Notes under the pieces: generated by a model | Told to the model about the DNA's origin: nothing | The model's input: the letters and a program-made list of their open reading frames with translations, nothing else | Database searches by the model: none | Translations under genes and position numbers: made by a program | Source of the DNA: the human T2T-CHM13v2.0 reference genome, Homo sapiens | NCBI RefSeq assembly: GCF_009914755.1 | Contig: NC_060947.1 | Strand: one strand, 5' to 3' | DNA length: 64,000 nucleotides | In this document: piece by piece, positions 41,661-56,746 of the stretch | Layout of the letters: each line of letters begins with the position of its first letter | Numbering within the stretch: the first letter of the stretch is position 1

Positions 41661-42388
41661 ATTAATTAAAGTAATACATTACCATATTACGTCTATAGCT
41701 AGTACATGAAGTTGGCAAGAGTTCTGCACTAGTATTCTTGATTCCTGGTCCTTTAAAACGCCCTCCATTTCACTGACAATAAATAAAAACAAGAGGTGTC
41801 TTTCCACTGGGATAGCATCACCTCTGAAGTGTTTCCTCCTGACATTTATTATCTGTCTGTTCTGTTTCATGGATTATCTACTTCTTACCCTTCCGAGATG
41901 GATAGTTTATTCAAGAGCTTTCCTTACTTACTCTGCCACCCAGAGATCAGGTGTAGAATACTCAGATATGTTTTTTCATTTTTTTCTAAATAAAAAGGAT
42001 GTCTTAACTTCTTTATCTCAAGGTTGCCATCTTTCTTCTCTCCTCAAGATGCAATACCTGCCATACTACATTGCTAAAGTTTTTGTTGGAAAGTCACATC
42101 TAACTACTTTTGAAGCCTTCAACTTTTCAAGAATCTGTTGACTCTTCTCTATCTCACATTACATTACCTACACTGTGTAATGTCACTGGGTCATTGTAAT
42201 TTATTGACACGCAGCACCCAATTAAAGAATTGGAGAATAGAAAAGAAGCATAGCTGTATGAAGACACTAATGGACACTTGATTGGAGTCTTTTTCTGTAA
42301 TAGTACTCTATTGAGGTATAATTTACATAGAGTAAAATGTATAGTTCTTAAATGCACAGGTCAATGAATATTGACAAATATAAATACG

Positions 42389-42786
42389 TGTTAAATTAAG
42401 TTTAGCCTAAAGCTGCCTCCTTACATATTTTAAGATCAGCCTAAAGGATTTTCCATATATAGTGAATTAACTCACTGGATTTGTAAACAGGTTGTAACCT
42501 ACTCTTATGCCAATCACCAAGTTTTGGCCAATGAAGAGCAGCCACATGTTCAAATCCTATTCAAATAAGGCAAGCACTGAGCTGTAACCAGTATAGATGT
42601 TTCTGTACCTCGCTTTCATTTTATACACATCACTTTCCTCTTTCTGTTCATAAATCTTCTTCCACTATGAAACAGAGATGGAGTCTCTGAATCAATTCTG
42701 CTTTGAGAGGCTACCCAATTTGTGAATTGTTATTTGCTCAATTAAATTCTGTAAAATGTAACTTGTATAAAATTTTGCTTTTAACA
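42389..42786 (+). mobile_element. MER57-like solo LTR inserted in an antisense L1M fragment (~42300-43180)
   Basis: tgttaaattaagtttagcctaaagctgcctccttacatatttt ... cttttaaca. Confidence 0.8.
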
Positions 42787-43184
42787 CACCCATGAAACCA
42801 TTACCCAGATTGATATGAAGAACATCTCTATTAATCACAGAAAGTTTCTCTAAACCCCTTCTCAGCTAATCCCTCCCTCCCAAAGTCAACCATTATTCTA
42901 ATTTCAACCACTTTTAGATTAGTTTTACCTCTTTTTCAATTTCATATAAATATATGTATAAATAAATGCACGTGATATGTACTTTCTGGTGTGTGGCTTA
43001 TTTTGCAAAACATAATGTCTACAAGTGTTTCCAAGTTACTTTGTGTTGTTCGTTTATACTTATTGCTCACTAGTAATTCACTATATAAATATACCACTGC
43101 TTTTGCCCATTATTCTATATATCTATATTTGAGTAATTTTGTTTCTTGCTATTACAAATAAAGTTACTATTAAAATTCTTTTTA

Positions 43185-43519
<335 letters not shown>

Positions 43520-43670
43520 TTAGGATCACAACAAAATTGAGGAGAAGGTACAGTAATTACCATATATGCTCTGCCCCTACATATGAATAGCCTCCCCCAT
43601 TATCCCATTATCACCATCCCCCCCCAAGAGAGGTAGATTTGTTACAATCAATTAATCTACATTGACACAT

Positions 43671-46010
43671 TGATATGGTTTGGATTTGTGACCCTGCCCA
43701 AATCTCATGTTGAATTGGAGTGGGGGCCTGGAGGGAGGTAATTAGATCATGGGGGCAGATACCCCCCTTGCTGTTCTTGTGACAGTGAGGAAGTTCTCAT
43801 GAGATCTGATGGTTTAAAAGTGTGTTGCATTTCTCCCTTCAATTTCTCTCTCTCCTGCAATCACGTGAAAATGTGCCTGCATTCTCTTTGCCTTCCATCA
43901 TGATCATAAGTTTCCTGAGACCTCCCCAGCTATGCTCCTGCACCTCTTTTCTTCATAAATTACCTAGTATCAGGTAGTTCTTTATAGCAGTGTGAGAACA
44001 GACTAATGCAGAAAATTGGTACTAGAAGGGTGGGGCACTACTATAAAGATACCTGAAAATGGGGAAGTGACTTTGGAACTGGGAAATGGGCAGAGTTTGG
44101 AACAGTTTGCAGAGCTCAGGAGAAGACAGGAAGATGTGGGAAAGTTTGGAACTTCCTAGAGACTCCTTGAATGATTTTGACCAAAATGCTGATAGTGATA
44201 TGTACAATGAAGTCCAAGCTGGGGTGGTCTCAGATAGAGATTAGGAAATTATTGGGAACTGGAGTAAAGGTCACTCTTGATATATGCTTTAGCAGAGACT
44301 GGCAGCATTGTGCCCCTGGTCTAGAGATCTGTGGAACTTTGAACTTGAGCAGAATGATTTAGGGTATCTGATGGAAGAAATTTCTAAGCAGCAAAGCATT
44401 CAAGATGTGACCTTGTGGTTTCTAAAAGTGTATGTTCATATGTGTGAATAAATAGATTATCTCAAACTTGAACTTACAAAAAAAAAAAAAAAGCAGAACA
44501 TAAAAGATTGGAAAATTTGCAGCCTGATCATGTGGCAGAAAAGGAAAACTTATTTTCTGGAGAGAAATGCAAGCTTGCTGCAGCAATTTGCATAAAGAGG
44601 AGCTGAATATTAATAGCCAAAGCAATAGGGAAAATGCCTCCAGGGCATTTCAGGGATCTTCACAGCAGCCTCTATCATCACAGGTGCAGAGGCCTAGGAG
44701 AAAAAAAACTGATTCTGTGGGCCAGGCCCAGGGCCCAGCTGCTCTGTGCAGCCTTGGGACATGGCCCCCTGCTTCCCAGCCACTCCAGCCCCTGCCATGC
44801 CTAAAAGGGGCCAAGTAACAGCTTAGGGCATGGCTTCATGTGGTGCAGGCCCCAAGCCTTGGTGGCTTTCACCTGGTGCTGGACCTGCAGATGCACAGAA
44901 GGCGTGAGTTGAAGTTAGAGAATCTCTGCCTAGATTTCACAGGATGTAGGGAAATGCCTGGATGTCCAGGAAGAAGTCTGCTGCAGAGGCAGAGCCCTCA
45001 TGGAGAACCTCTACTAGGGCAGTAAAGAGGGAAAATGTGGGGTTGGTGTCCCCACACAGAGTCCCCACTGGGGAACTGCCTAGTGAAGCTGTGAGAAGAA
45101 AACAACCATCCTCCAGATCCCAGAATGGTAGCTCCACTGACAGCTTGCACCAAGCACCTGGAAATGACTCAGGAATTCAACACCAGCCCATGAAGGCAGA
45201 CATGGGGACTGTTCTCCGCAGAGCCACAGGTGCAGAGCTGCCCAAGGCCTTAGGAGCTAATCTCTCGCATCAGCATTCCCTGGATGTGAGACATGGAGTC
45301 AAAGGAAATTATTTTGGAGCTTTAAGATTTAATGCCTGCCTTGCTGGGTCTTGGATTTGTATGGGGCCAGTAGCCCCTTTGTTTTGGCTAACTTTTCCCA
45401 TTTGGAATAAAATAATTTACCCAGTGCCTGTACCCCCGTTGTATCTTGGATGTAACTAACTTGTTTTTGATTTTACAGTCTCATAGGGAGAAGGGACTTA
45501 CCTTGTCTCAGATGAGACTTTGGACTTGGACTTTTGAGTTAATGGTGAAATGAGTTAAGACTGGAGGACTGTTGAGAAGGGATAATTGTATTTTGCAAAG
45601 TGAGAAAGACATGAGATTTTGGAAGCACCAGGGGTGGAATGACATGGTTTGAATTTGTATATCCGCCCAAATCTCATGTCAAATTGGAGAAAGAGCCTGA
45701 TGGGAGGTGATTGGATCATGAGGGTAAATTTCCCCATTGCTATGCTTGAGATAGTGAGTTCTCATGAGATCTGATGATTTAAAAGTGTGTGGCACTTCCC
45801 CCTTCTCTCTCTCTCTCTCTCTCCTGCTGCCACACAAAGAAGGTGCTTGCTTCCCCTTCACCTTCTGCCATGATTATAAGTTTCTTAAGGACTCCAAGTA
45901 ATGTTTTCTGTTAAGCCTGCAGAACTGTCAGTTAATGAAACTTCTTTTCTTCATAAATTACCCAGTCTCAGGTAGTTCTTTATAGCTGTGTGAGAACACA
46001 CTAATATACA
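43671..46010 (+). mobile_element. Full-length MSTA-like MaLR (LTR 43671-44010, internal 44011-45639, LTR 45640-~46010) within an antisense L1MC 3' fragment
   Basis: Two homologous LTRs tgatatggtttgga.../tgacatggtttgaa...; internal starts gaaaattggtactag and ends ccaggggtggaa; typical MST/THE1 internal ORF remnants. Confidence 0.93.
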
Positions 46011-48230
46011 TAGTATGTTTCCTTTTCATATTGGCTTCTTTCATTTAGCAATATGCATTTACGTGTCCTCTATGTCTTTATTTGTCTTGATAGCTTATTT
46101 TTTAGTGCTAAATAATATTTCATGGTCTGGAGGTAGCACTGTTTATTTATCCATTCACCTATTGAAAGACATCTTGATTGCTTTCAAGTTTTGGCTGTTA
46201 TAAGCATACATGTGCAGATTTATGGGTAGATGAACATTCTTCTACAAGCCCCTCCCATCTTATTTTGTAGGCATATACTTTATTTTTATGAATATGAACC
46301 TAGGTGTAGAATTGCTGCATCATAGGGTAGATATATGTTTATTTTATTACAAGCTGTCCAGCAGCATTCCGATGTACCATTTTCTAGTCTCATCAGCAAT
46401 GTATAGGGGTTTCTGTTCTTTACATCTTAGTACTGGTTAGAATCTTAACTTTCATTATAAAACTTATTCTAAGAAACTAACCCTCCTTTAAACGAAAACA
46501 ACTACAAAGGTAAAACTAAACCAATTCTATTAACTCTTGCCATTTAAACTAGGAAATTTAATATGAATAATTTTTCTCTCATCCTATGTAATTTAAGCTT
46601 TTAAAGCTATTCAATTGCTCATATCTTCTGCATTAACACTCCTCTCAGTTCTTTGATTCTTCTCCTTCACCCCGTGATACTAAAAAATAAGGCGCAGTGG
46701 TTTTAAGTCAATTGCATTCTAAATATGTTTATCATGATGCAAGATTCGTGTGAAATTTTTTAAAAAGCTCATGAAATAACAGTAGATATTAAGAAAAAAG
46801 GCGTATATGAAGTAAGAACTGATCACTCACAATACATATTTTTTGAGACTTCTATTTTCTTGCTTTTAAGATTTTCCACTGAACAATTTGGATTAAGGTT
46901 AGAACATTTTGTGCTGTGCACATGAAAAACCTCAGACAGCTCTCAGTTAATTTAGAAAGTTTATTTTGCAAAGTGGAGGATGCACACTCATGACACAGCC
47001 TCAGGAGGCCCTGATGATAAGTACTCAAGGTGGTCAGGGCACAGTTTGGTTTTATTCAATTTAGGGTGATGAGACATCAATCAACATTGTAAGATGAACA
47101 TTGGTTCAGTCTGAAAAGACAACTTGAGGCTAAGAGGGGGCTTCCAGATCATAGGTTGATAAGGGACAAATGATGATATTCTTTTGAGTTTCTGATTAGC
47201 CTCTCCAAAGGAGGCAATTAGGTATGCATTTATCTCAGTGAGCAAAGGGGTGACTGAATAGAATGGGAGGCAGGTTTGCCCTAAGCAGTTCCCAGCATGA
47301 CTTTTCCCTTTAGCTTAGTGATTGTGGGGGTTCAAGAGATTTTCTTTTCACCTTTTCCTCTTTCTCTTTTTAAAAATCTTTTGGAGAAAACATTTTAGAA
47401 GAAAACGAGTCTCTCATGTCAGGTTTCATCTGATTCTCATGGCTAGGATCATTTATTCCTAGGCCCTTACAATTTCACATGCCAACCTCTTCAGCAATAG
47501 TCCCTGGGCCTTGAGGGGTTGAAAAGCTTTAATTTCTGACCCCGTGTCCCAGGAATGCCCTTTATTTTGATTGGCATCCTCTATCAGGCCTGAAGATGAG
47601 GCTTTAATTGTTGTCAGTGTTTAAGATTTAGCAGACTTTGGTGTCCTTTTTAGACCCAGGAGTCAAAGCCCTGTAACTCAATGTCACAGGGACTTTAAAA
47701 GCACGTACAGGAAGATACATGGATGTAATAACCTTAATTTTTTTTAAAAAAATTAAATCTCATTTTTCCCTAAGCAAACCAAATTCAATGATAATAAAAT
47801 AGGAATTATTTTGATAAAACATAAAATATGTTAAACCAGCTACAAAAAGGCAGCAGAAAAGACTTTCTGCAGTGCGCAGAATATTATGTTGGAAGATGAC
47901 ATTTCCTTTAGACCTTTAAAAATACATGGTTAGCATCAAGGCACAAAAAAACAGAAGTCGAGGAATGAAAAAAACTTAAATGAGCTGAAAATGAGTTGAA
48001 AGGAAATGTTAATATTTTGTGCTTTTTAAAGGGGAAGAGAAAACTGAAACCATCAAGATGCAATAAAAGTTGTACTTTGGATTAAAATTTTTAAAAAAAC
48101 TTCTTATAATTTATGAAGAGTAAATTAATTCCTTAAGAAAATTTTATTGTTCTAACCAATTCTTTATTGTATAAATTTTTTTTTTTACATCAAATCCAAT
48201 CTCTAGGAAGACCATTATAATTTCCCTTTA

Positions 48231-48455
<225 letters not shown>

Positions 48456-48841
48456 TTAAATAAATCTTCTTGTTGTGATTTACACAGACCGTTCGTTATA
48501 TGCATGGACTCTCTGGTTTGTTCTGAACATTACTCTTTCTTAAACAACCAGTCATTTTACTCTATGACTCAATTTACCATACAAGATTCTTTCTCTCATT
48601 TGGCATACATCTTTAATCTCCCTCTAGCACCACCAGGCATTTTCTCTCAGTAACTTATGATGTAAATTTTGCTATTTGATTTTCACCTGAGTTGTTTCCT
48701 TTAATATGCAAATTTAAGGCTATTTAGCTGACAACTGCCTAGGGTTGTGAAACAGGTTATCAATAATCTGAAAGTCCAAGATAGAAGAAAAAAAGGTTTT
48801 TATGAAACTATAAGCTGTACTTCTATCTGAATGCCTAATAT

Positions 48842-49993
48842 TGAGAGGTGACAATGTGCTAGCAGCCCTTGCTCGCTCTTGGCACCTCCTCAGCCTTGGC
48901 GTCCACTCTGGTTGAACTCCAGGAGCCTTTCAGCCTGCCGCTGGGCTGTGGGGGACCCTCTCTGGGGCTGGCTAAGGCCGGAGCTGGCTCCCTCTGCTTG
49001 CCTGGACCTGTGGAGGCAGAGGCGTGGGCAGAAGCCGGGGCTGCTCGCGCCTGCAGGGACAGGTTTCGGGTGCGCAAGGACTTGGCGGGCCCCTCACATT
49101 TGGCCTGCCAGTGCCTGCTGGGCTTCATTGGGGGGATGAGCTCCCTCTGGGCTGCTGGAGTGCCCCGGCTAGGTGCCACAAAGTCCCGGGCGAGTGCCAT
49201 TGAGAGCTGAAGCTGGGCTGGCTGGGCTTCTGGGTCGGGTGGGGACTTGGAGAACTTTTCTGTCTAGCTAAAGGGTTGTAAACGCACCAATCAGCACTCT
49301 GTGTCTAGCTAAAGGTTTGTAAATGCACCAATCAGCACTCTGTGTCTAGCTAAAGGGTTGTAAAGGCACCAGTCAGCACTCTGTGTCTAGCTAAAGGTCT
49401 GTACACACACCATGTCTAGCTAAAGGTTTGTAAATGCACCAATCAGCACTCTGTCAAAACGGACCAATCAGCTCTCTGTAAAATGGACCAATCAGCAGGA
49501 TGTGGGTGAGGCCAGATAAGGGAATAAAAGCAGGCCACTGGAGCCGGCAGCAGCATCCCACTTGGGCCTCCCTCTATGCTGTGGAAGCTTTGTTCTTTCG
49601 CTCGTCACAATAAATCTTACTGCTGCTCACTCTTTGGGTCCGTGCCGCCTTTAAGAGCTGTAACACTCACTGCGAAGGTCTGCAGCTTCACTCCCGAAGC
49701 CAGCGAGATTACGAACCCACCCACCGGCATGAATGAACAGCTCCAGATAGGAGAAATGAACAACTCCAGATGTGCCACTTTTGTGAACTGTAACACCATG
49801 AAGGTCTGCAGCTTCACTCCTGAAGCCAGCGAGACCACGAACCCAATGGAAGGAAGAAACTCCAGACACATCTGAACATCTGGAAGAACAAACTCTGGAC
49901 ACACCATCTTTAAGAACTCTAACACTCACTGCGAGGGTCTGCGGCTTCATTCTTGAAGTCAGCGAGACCAAGAACCCACCAATTCCAGACACA
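48842..49993 (+). mobile_element. LTR12 (ERV9) solo LTR
   Basis: tgagaggtgacaatgtgctagcagcc...ccaattccagacaca; 41-bp tandem units with CCAAT; 4-bp TSD atat/gtat. Confidence 0.95.
49259..49530 (+). promoter_or_regulatory. LTR12 U3 enhancer/promoter: tandem 41-bp repeats, five CCAAT boxes, GATA site and AATAAA-type TATA
   Basis: tctgtgtctagctaaaggtttgtaaatgcaccaatcagcac units; agataag ~49514; aataaaa ~49523. Activity at this locus untested. Confidence 0.6.
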
Positions 49994-50576
49994 GTATGTC
50001 TGTGTATTTATGTGTTGTGTAAACAATCTTTCACTACCAAAAATATATAAAAGAGCTCTAATTAAATGGCTTAAGAAAATAAAAGCATTGGAATCGAATA
50101 CTTTATCAGAAAAAATAAAAGACTAGTCCAATGCTTTCTCAAGTAAAAGTAAATTAAGTAAAGTCTTTGACAAATAAGCTAGCTTTAAAATTATTGGTAA
50201 AGTAATATTAGAACTATCTTAAGAACTGCCAATACACTTTTGTTTGCACTTACTAATCAAGCAATTTCATACTTATCTCTGCCAAATGCTATAAGGTGTC
50301 AAAATTTGGTGTAGGGGATACAAAGCTATAAACCCAGCCTCACAGAATGATCTTTGCTTGTGTAATTTTTAATAAGACATAGATATTGGTTTAATAAAAA
50401 TACATCATGAATTTAGTAAGATTATCATAACTTCTAATCTTGTGGCTTTAGGTGGTCTAGTCCACATGCAGTAAGGTTTGTTTTGGGAAAGGACTGCTAC
50501 CTTTGTTTCAAAGATATACTGTAAACTAAGTTCCTCCCAAAATTTAGTTCAGCCTGCACTCAGGAATGAACAAGGG

Positions 50577-50870
50577 AGGCAGGCGCAGTGACTCACGCTT
50601 GTAATCCCAGCACATAGGGAGGCTGAGGCGGGCGGATCACGAGGTCAGGAGTTCTAGACCAGCCTGACCATCATGGAGAAACCCCGTCTCTACTAAAAAT
50701 ACAAAAATTAGCTGGGCCCAGAGGTGTGCGCCTGTAATCCCAGCTACTCGGGAGGCTGAGATAGGAGAATCGCTTGAACCCAGGAGGTGGAGGTTTCAGG
50801 AGCCGAGATCGCTCCATTGCACTCCAGCCTGGGCAACAGAGTGAGACTCTGACTCAAAAAAAAGGAAAGA
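50577..50870 (+). mobile_element. AluS (Sg-like)
   Basis: Full dimer; TSD gaa(t/c)gaacaagg. Confidence 0.95.
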
Positions 50871-50970
50871 ACGAACAAGGACAGCTGGGAGGTTAGAAGC
50901 AAGATGGAGTCAGGTCAAGTCTTTTTCACTGTCTCAGTTATAATTTTGCAATGGCAGTTCCATAACATTA

Positions 50971-51348
<378 letters not shown>

Positions 51349-51435
51349 TTAATTAGGTAAACATAATAGGATTAATACTTGTAGACAAACTTGTCATAAT
51401 TTTTAAATCTAAAGCTATATTAAATTAAATAATAG

Positions 51436-51791
<356 letters not shown>

Positions 51792-54145
51792 TGAAAATAT
51801 TCTTTCTAAAAGATAAGAAGGATCCTTTTAAAAAAAGGTCACGTATAAAACAAAGTAAAAGGAACCAGGAAATAGATGTAAAGAAAGTTATAGAAAGATT
51901 TTTTTTGGTAAAAAAGCTTAAAGAGAAATAATTTCATATGAGGAATATAATTTCATAGAGGAAGATTAGAGAAGGATGCCAAATCAAACACAAAATTATA
52001 GAAATTTATCATAGGATTGTATAAGGAGACCAATTTACTTAGATAGGAACTACCTATCTTTTAATTGGATCTCTAGCTCTGGGCAGAGCCCATACTGAAT
52101 CCTGGGTCTCCAAAAAGGGAGAATTATTATGAGGTTAGAACATGTGATGCTTTTACAGTGCACTTACATTTTTTCTTTTTTTTTTTTTTTTTTGGACAAA
52201 GACATTTCTAAGTTCCTAAAGCACAGTATTCCTTAAAATCCCAAGAGTAGCCTCTGTTGCAATAACATTTCAGCAAAAACAACAACGACAACAACAAAAT
52301 AAATGGATAATACAAAAGCAGTTAAAGAGCTGAGATGAACTTGAACTTGTCTGTTTACATTCTTGGGGTTCCATAAGGAAAAACAGGTTTCTCCCTCTAA
52401 AGGAATCTGGTGGCTTCTCCATTTTCTTTAAGGAACCCCAGGCTATTATAAACTGTTATATGTCTCCCATGCAGCGGAAGGCACAAGAGAAAGGAGAGAC
52501 AGCAGAAGTAAATGAAGGAAACAGAATTTAGTCAACTGAGAAGAAAAAAACTTTGACTCCAAAAAAAAAAAGAAAAAAAAAAAAAGGACAAGGTCCTAGG
52601 AGAAAAAAAACAAAAACGTGAAGGCCTTTTAAATGCAAACACACACATACTCACAAGCACACACACATCTTGGATGTTAGCTTTTAATTAAGCTGAGTTT
52701 TAACCACTGAGCTCCTTTAAAAAAAATCTTTTAACATCTCATTTTCATATTTCAACCAGGACGAATTGCTGCTATTTAAGTACAGCCATCGCTCTTTCAG
52801 TTTGGCCTGGCTAGCAAAAAGGTGGCATTGTTATGTAAATAAAGCCCCTTAGTCAAAATCAAAATTTTTTCCTCTTTTTTTTTTTCCTTCTGCTCGCCGT
52901 TTTTCTTCCTTCACCACACCTCCTTCGTGTGTGTGTGTGAGATTTAGCTACTTCAGAGGCCCTGTTCCAAGTAAATTTGGAATTTACTTCAGGTTTGATC
53001 AAGTTTAATAGCATTGATCAAACCCAATGGGAAAAAGACCAAAACAACATCAAAAACAGAAGCAACAATAACAACAGCAAAAATGAAAAAACAGTTAAGC
53101 AAAACAAATGATCACACAACTTATATGATTACCGAATGCTCTAACGATAAGGAGAAATTAAGACCAGCTGGTTGTTAATCTTAACTTTAGCCAAGACAAA
53201 CCCCAATTCAGTTACTTATCTAGGGATGGGACTCAGGCTGAAGACTGCTCTCTACCATCCTAGAAGCAGGAAAAACAAAACAAAAGAAAACAAAAACCTC
53301 ATCTTCCCTGTTGGCGGCAAGTTCAAACTCCATAAAGGAGTTACCTGCCTTTAATCATCATGGAAGCAGGAAAAACTTGCCTTCCTTGTGTTGGAAACAA
53401 GTAGTATTCCAAAGGTAAAAAAAAAAAAAAAAGTTGTATAGCAAAATAAGATTGTGACCAAATTTGGGGAGATCAGAGATTCTCTGGGTGGGGGGTGCTT
53501 CCATGCCTCAGCAAATTGTCCTATTGGTTTGAGCCATAAGGATAGTTCAAGCTGGTACCAAGCACTGATAAGAAATTTGTGAAAAGTGAGAGGCATCTCC
53601 ACTCAGAATCCCTTCACGGTTACCAAAATGTGAATCCTGAATATCTGAGACAGGTCTCAGATAATTTAGAAAGTTTATTTTGCCAAGGTTGAGGACATGT
53701 GCTCATGTCACAGCTTCAGAAGGTCCTGATGACATGTGTCCAAGGTGGTCAGGACACAGTTTGCTTTCATTGCTTTCATACATTTTAGGGAGACAAGAGA
53801 CATCAATCAACACATGTAAGAAGAACATTGGTTCAGTCTGGAAAGGCAGGACTAGTCAAAGTGGGGAGGGTGCTTCCAGGTCATATAGGTAGATAAAAAA
53901 CAAATGATAACATTCTTTTGAGTTTCTGATTAGCCTCTCCAAAGGAGGCAATCAGGTATGCGTTTATTTCCGTGAGCAGAGGGTGACTTTGATTAGAATG
54001 GGAGGCAGGTTTGCCCTAAGCAGTTCCCAGCTTGACCTTTCCCATTAGTTTAGTGATTTTGGGGGCCCAAGATATTTTCCTTTAACAATGTCAATAGAAT
54101 TGCAGTTACTTGGTAATAAGACAGAAGAGAAAAATGTAGGTCATC

Positions 54146-54467
<322 letters not shown>

Positions 54468-55202
54468 TCACTAGCCATCTTGGTACTCTGGCTATAAGAA
54501 AAAGATGACTTCAGTGCTCACTCAAATCTGTAATAATTATTATTTCAATAAAAGAGATTAATAGATGAATGAGCATGTTAGGTTTGGAATCCCTGGGTGG
54601 GAAAATAATAGCCTTTTTCCTGGGTTTGTATATATTGTATAGTCAGGATTCTTTGTTCTAACACTTGTTTTGAAAAAGTAAATTTCTTCTAATACATATG
54701 TGCCCCTAAAAATGTTAGTGCCATGAAAATCATGCAGTGAAAACCACAAAGCTCATGTGACGAATGTGGTTAGGCACACGACACAAATTTCTTCCTAACC
54801 CTGGTATTTCCATGAGCCTTGCAGTATTTCTTTGCACAATTTGGATAGTGAAATGATTTTTAGTAATACATACCATGTTATAGCATTATAGAAGAAATGA
54901 TTGACTAGATGCACATTATACATATTTAATAATTATACGTAATAATTATGTTAGTTTATGGAATACCTGTGTTGTTACATCAGCAAGACAAACCTGAATT
55001 AAAAGGACAGCAAAATTATGGCAATAGAAAACTGACAATGGACTCTTTTCATCTTATCTCAGTTCTTTTCTCAAAGCTAAGTCTAGGTAGAAGAGACTTT
55101 GGTTAACATCTCCTCCCCAAAGCTATCCCTTAGGGTTGTCTTTAAAAATGAAGACAGCCATTCAAATGTATGTTAAATGTAAACAAAAGTACATTTAGAA
55201 AC

Positions 55203-55575
55203 TGTCAGGCCTCTGAGCCCAAGCCTGCATGTATACATCCAGATGGCCTCAAAGAACTGAAGAATCACAAAAGAAGTGAAAATGGCCGGTTCCTGCCTTA
55301 ACTGATGACATTAATCTTGTGAAATTCCTTCTCCTGCACAATGAGTCTCAGAAGCTCCCTGCCAAGCACCTTGTGACCCTCTCCCCTGCCCGCCAGAGAA
55401 CAACCCCTTTGACTGTAATTTTCCATTACCTACACAAATCCTATAAAACTGCTCCACCCCTATCTCCCTTCGCTGACTCTCTTTTCGGACTCAGCCCACC
55501 TGCACCCAGGTGATTAAAAAGCTTTATTGATCACACAAGCCTGTTGGTGGTCTCTTCACATGGACGCGCGTGACA
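55203..55575 (+). mobile_element. LTR7-family (HERV-H) solo LTR
   Basis: tgtcaggcctctgagcccaagc...ggtctcttcacatggacgcgcgtgaca; perfect 5-bp TSD gaaac (55198-55202, 55576-55580); tataaaa at ~55442. Confidence 0.96.
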
Positions 55576-56695
55576 GAAACCTTTGCTATTTTTATTGGCC
55601 TGTAATATACAAGAAGGTGGCAGAGGTCAGCATTAAGCTTAAAATATAAGTAAAAGAGAGTGCTTAATGCAAAAGCAGCTCTCAAGAAAACTCCACCACA
55701 ATGCTTTTTCATCCAACAATTCCCTCTTGTGTGCCTGGATCTTTACTAATAAAGATTGCAGTCATAATTGTAGTAGTACACAGTTAATTTGGCTGATAGC
55801 TTGAAACAATTGGTTGTGTATTTACCAATTTTAAGTTTTTGTTTGTCAATTTCTCTTCTTTTTACAATATTTGAATAGTTTGTCTATTCCACTGAAAGCA
55901 GAAGGCAGCTCATATGTCCCTGTCTGGTTTCCTTCCTACCTTCCTTTCTCTCCCTCACTCTTCCCTTCCCTCCCTCCCTTTCTTCCTTCCTTTCTTCCAT
56001 TTTAAAACTCATGACTTGCATTTTTCTATTTAATATTTTATATAATGTTTGGCAACCCTGATTTCAACTGCTAAATTTAATCTCTGTTCCCCAAGTAGGC
56101 AGTCGCAATAAATTTTAGAATACTACCAGTACAACTGAGAATCATCTCTACTCATTATTTTTCTTGAAAGATCGCACTTCAGATAATCTTGCTCCCTATA
56201 AAAGACAGTTTATTGTCAAATGTATAGTGCCTGGGGATGTTTATGATTTTAAACATGTTTCCATCCCGCTATTTTTCTGACAGCCTTAGTTCTGTCTTTA
56301 CTGTGCTGAAAATAAACCCTGCATGGTAAGAAGTTTGTGCAGTCTTGGTAGTCCACTGAGGAGTGGGGATTACTTTAACTACAGCCCTAGATTTCTTACA
56401 GTAAAAGGAATATTTTCCAAAATTTGCAAACTGGACCATAGTTAAAAACAACTTGTTGTTGTTTTTAACTATGTCATTGGAAAATCTATTCATTTACAAG
56501 ATTTATTGTGTAGTATTAAATCTCATAGTAATGGCTTTATATAGCCCAGTTTTCTTAAGTCAAAGTACATGATATATTGCTATGCCATTCCACAATCAAC
56601 AGATGAAGGTGTTTCAGTAATTCCATATAGTTTAATGATTATAAGAGCCATAAACTGAAAGCCCTTTTTGTATGGATAAGAGTTTAACTTCCATA

Positions 56696-56696
56696 A

Positions 56697-56744
<48 letters not shown>
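56696..56744. repeat. (TA)n microsatellite
   Basis: ~24 TA units with one interruption. Confidence 0.95.

Positions 56745-56746
<2 letters not shown>

Noticed and set aside
41680-42290. Unique-looking stretch with short ORFs as an exon or processed pseudogene
   Set aside because: Manual translation of both strands gave no recognisable protein.
44171-45459. 165-aa and neighbouring ORFs
   Set aside because: MST internal-region remnants, fragmented.
49259-49450. Regularly spaced repeats as a CRISPR-like array (also 10519-10809)
   Set aside because: Tandem units with no unique spacers inside ERV sequence; eukaryotic DNA, no cas genes.
48859-49992. Overlapping 86-113 aa ORFs and GC-rich patch resembling a CpG-island gene start
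   Set aside because: Entirely within LTR12.
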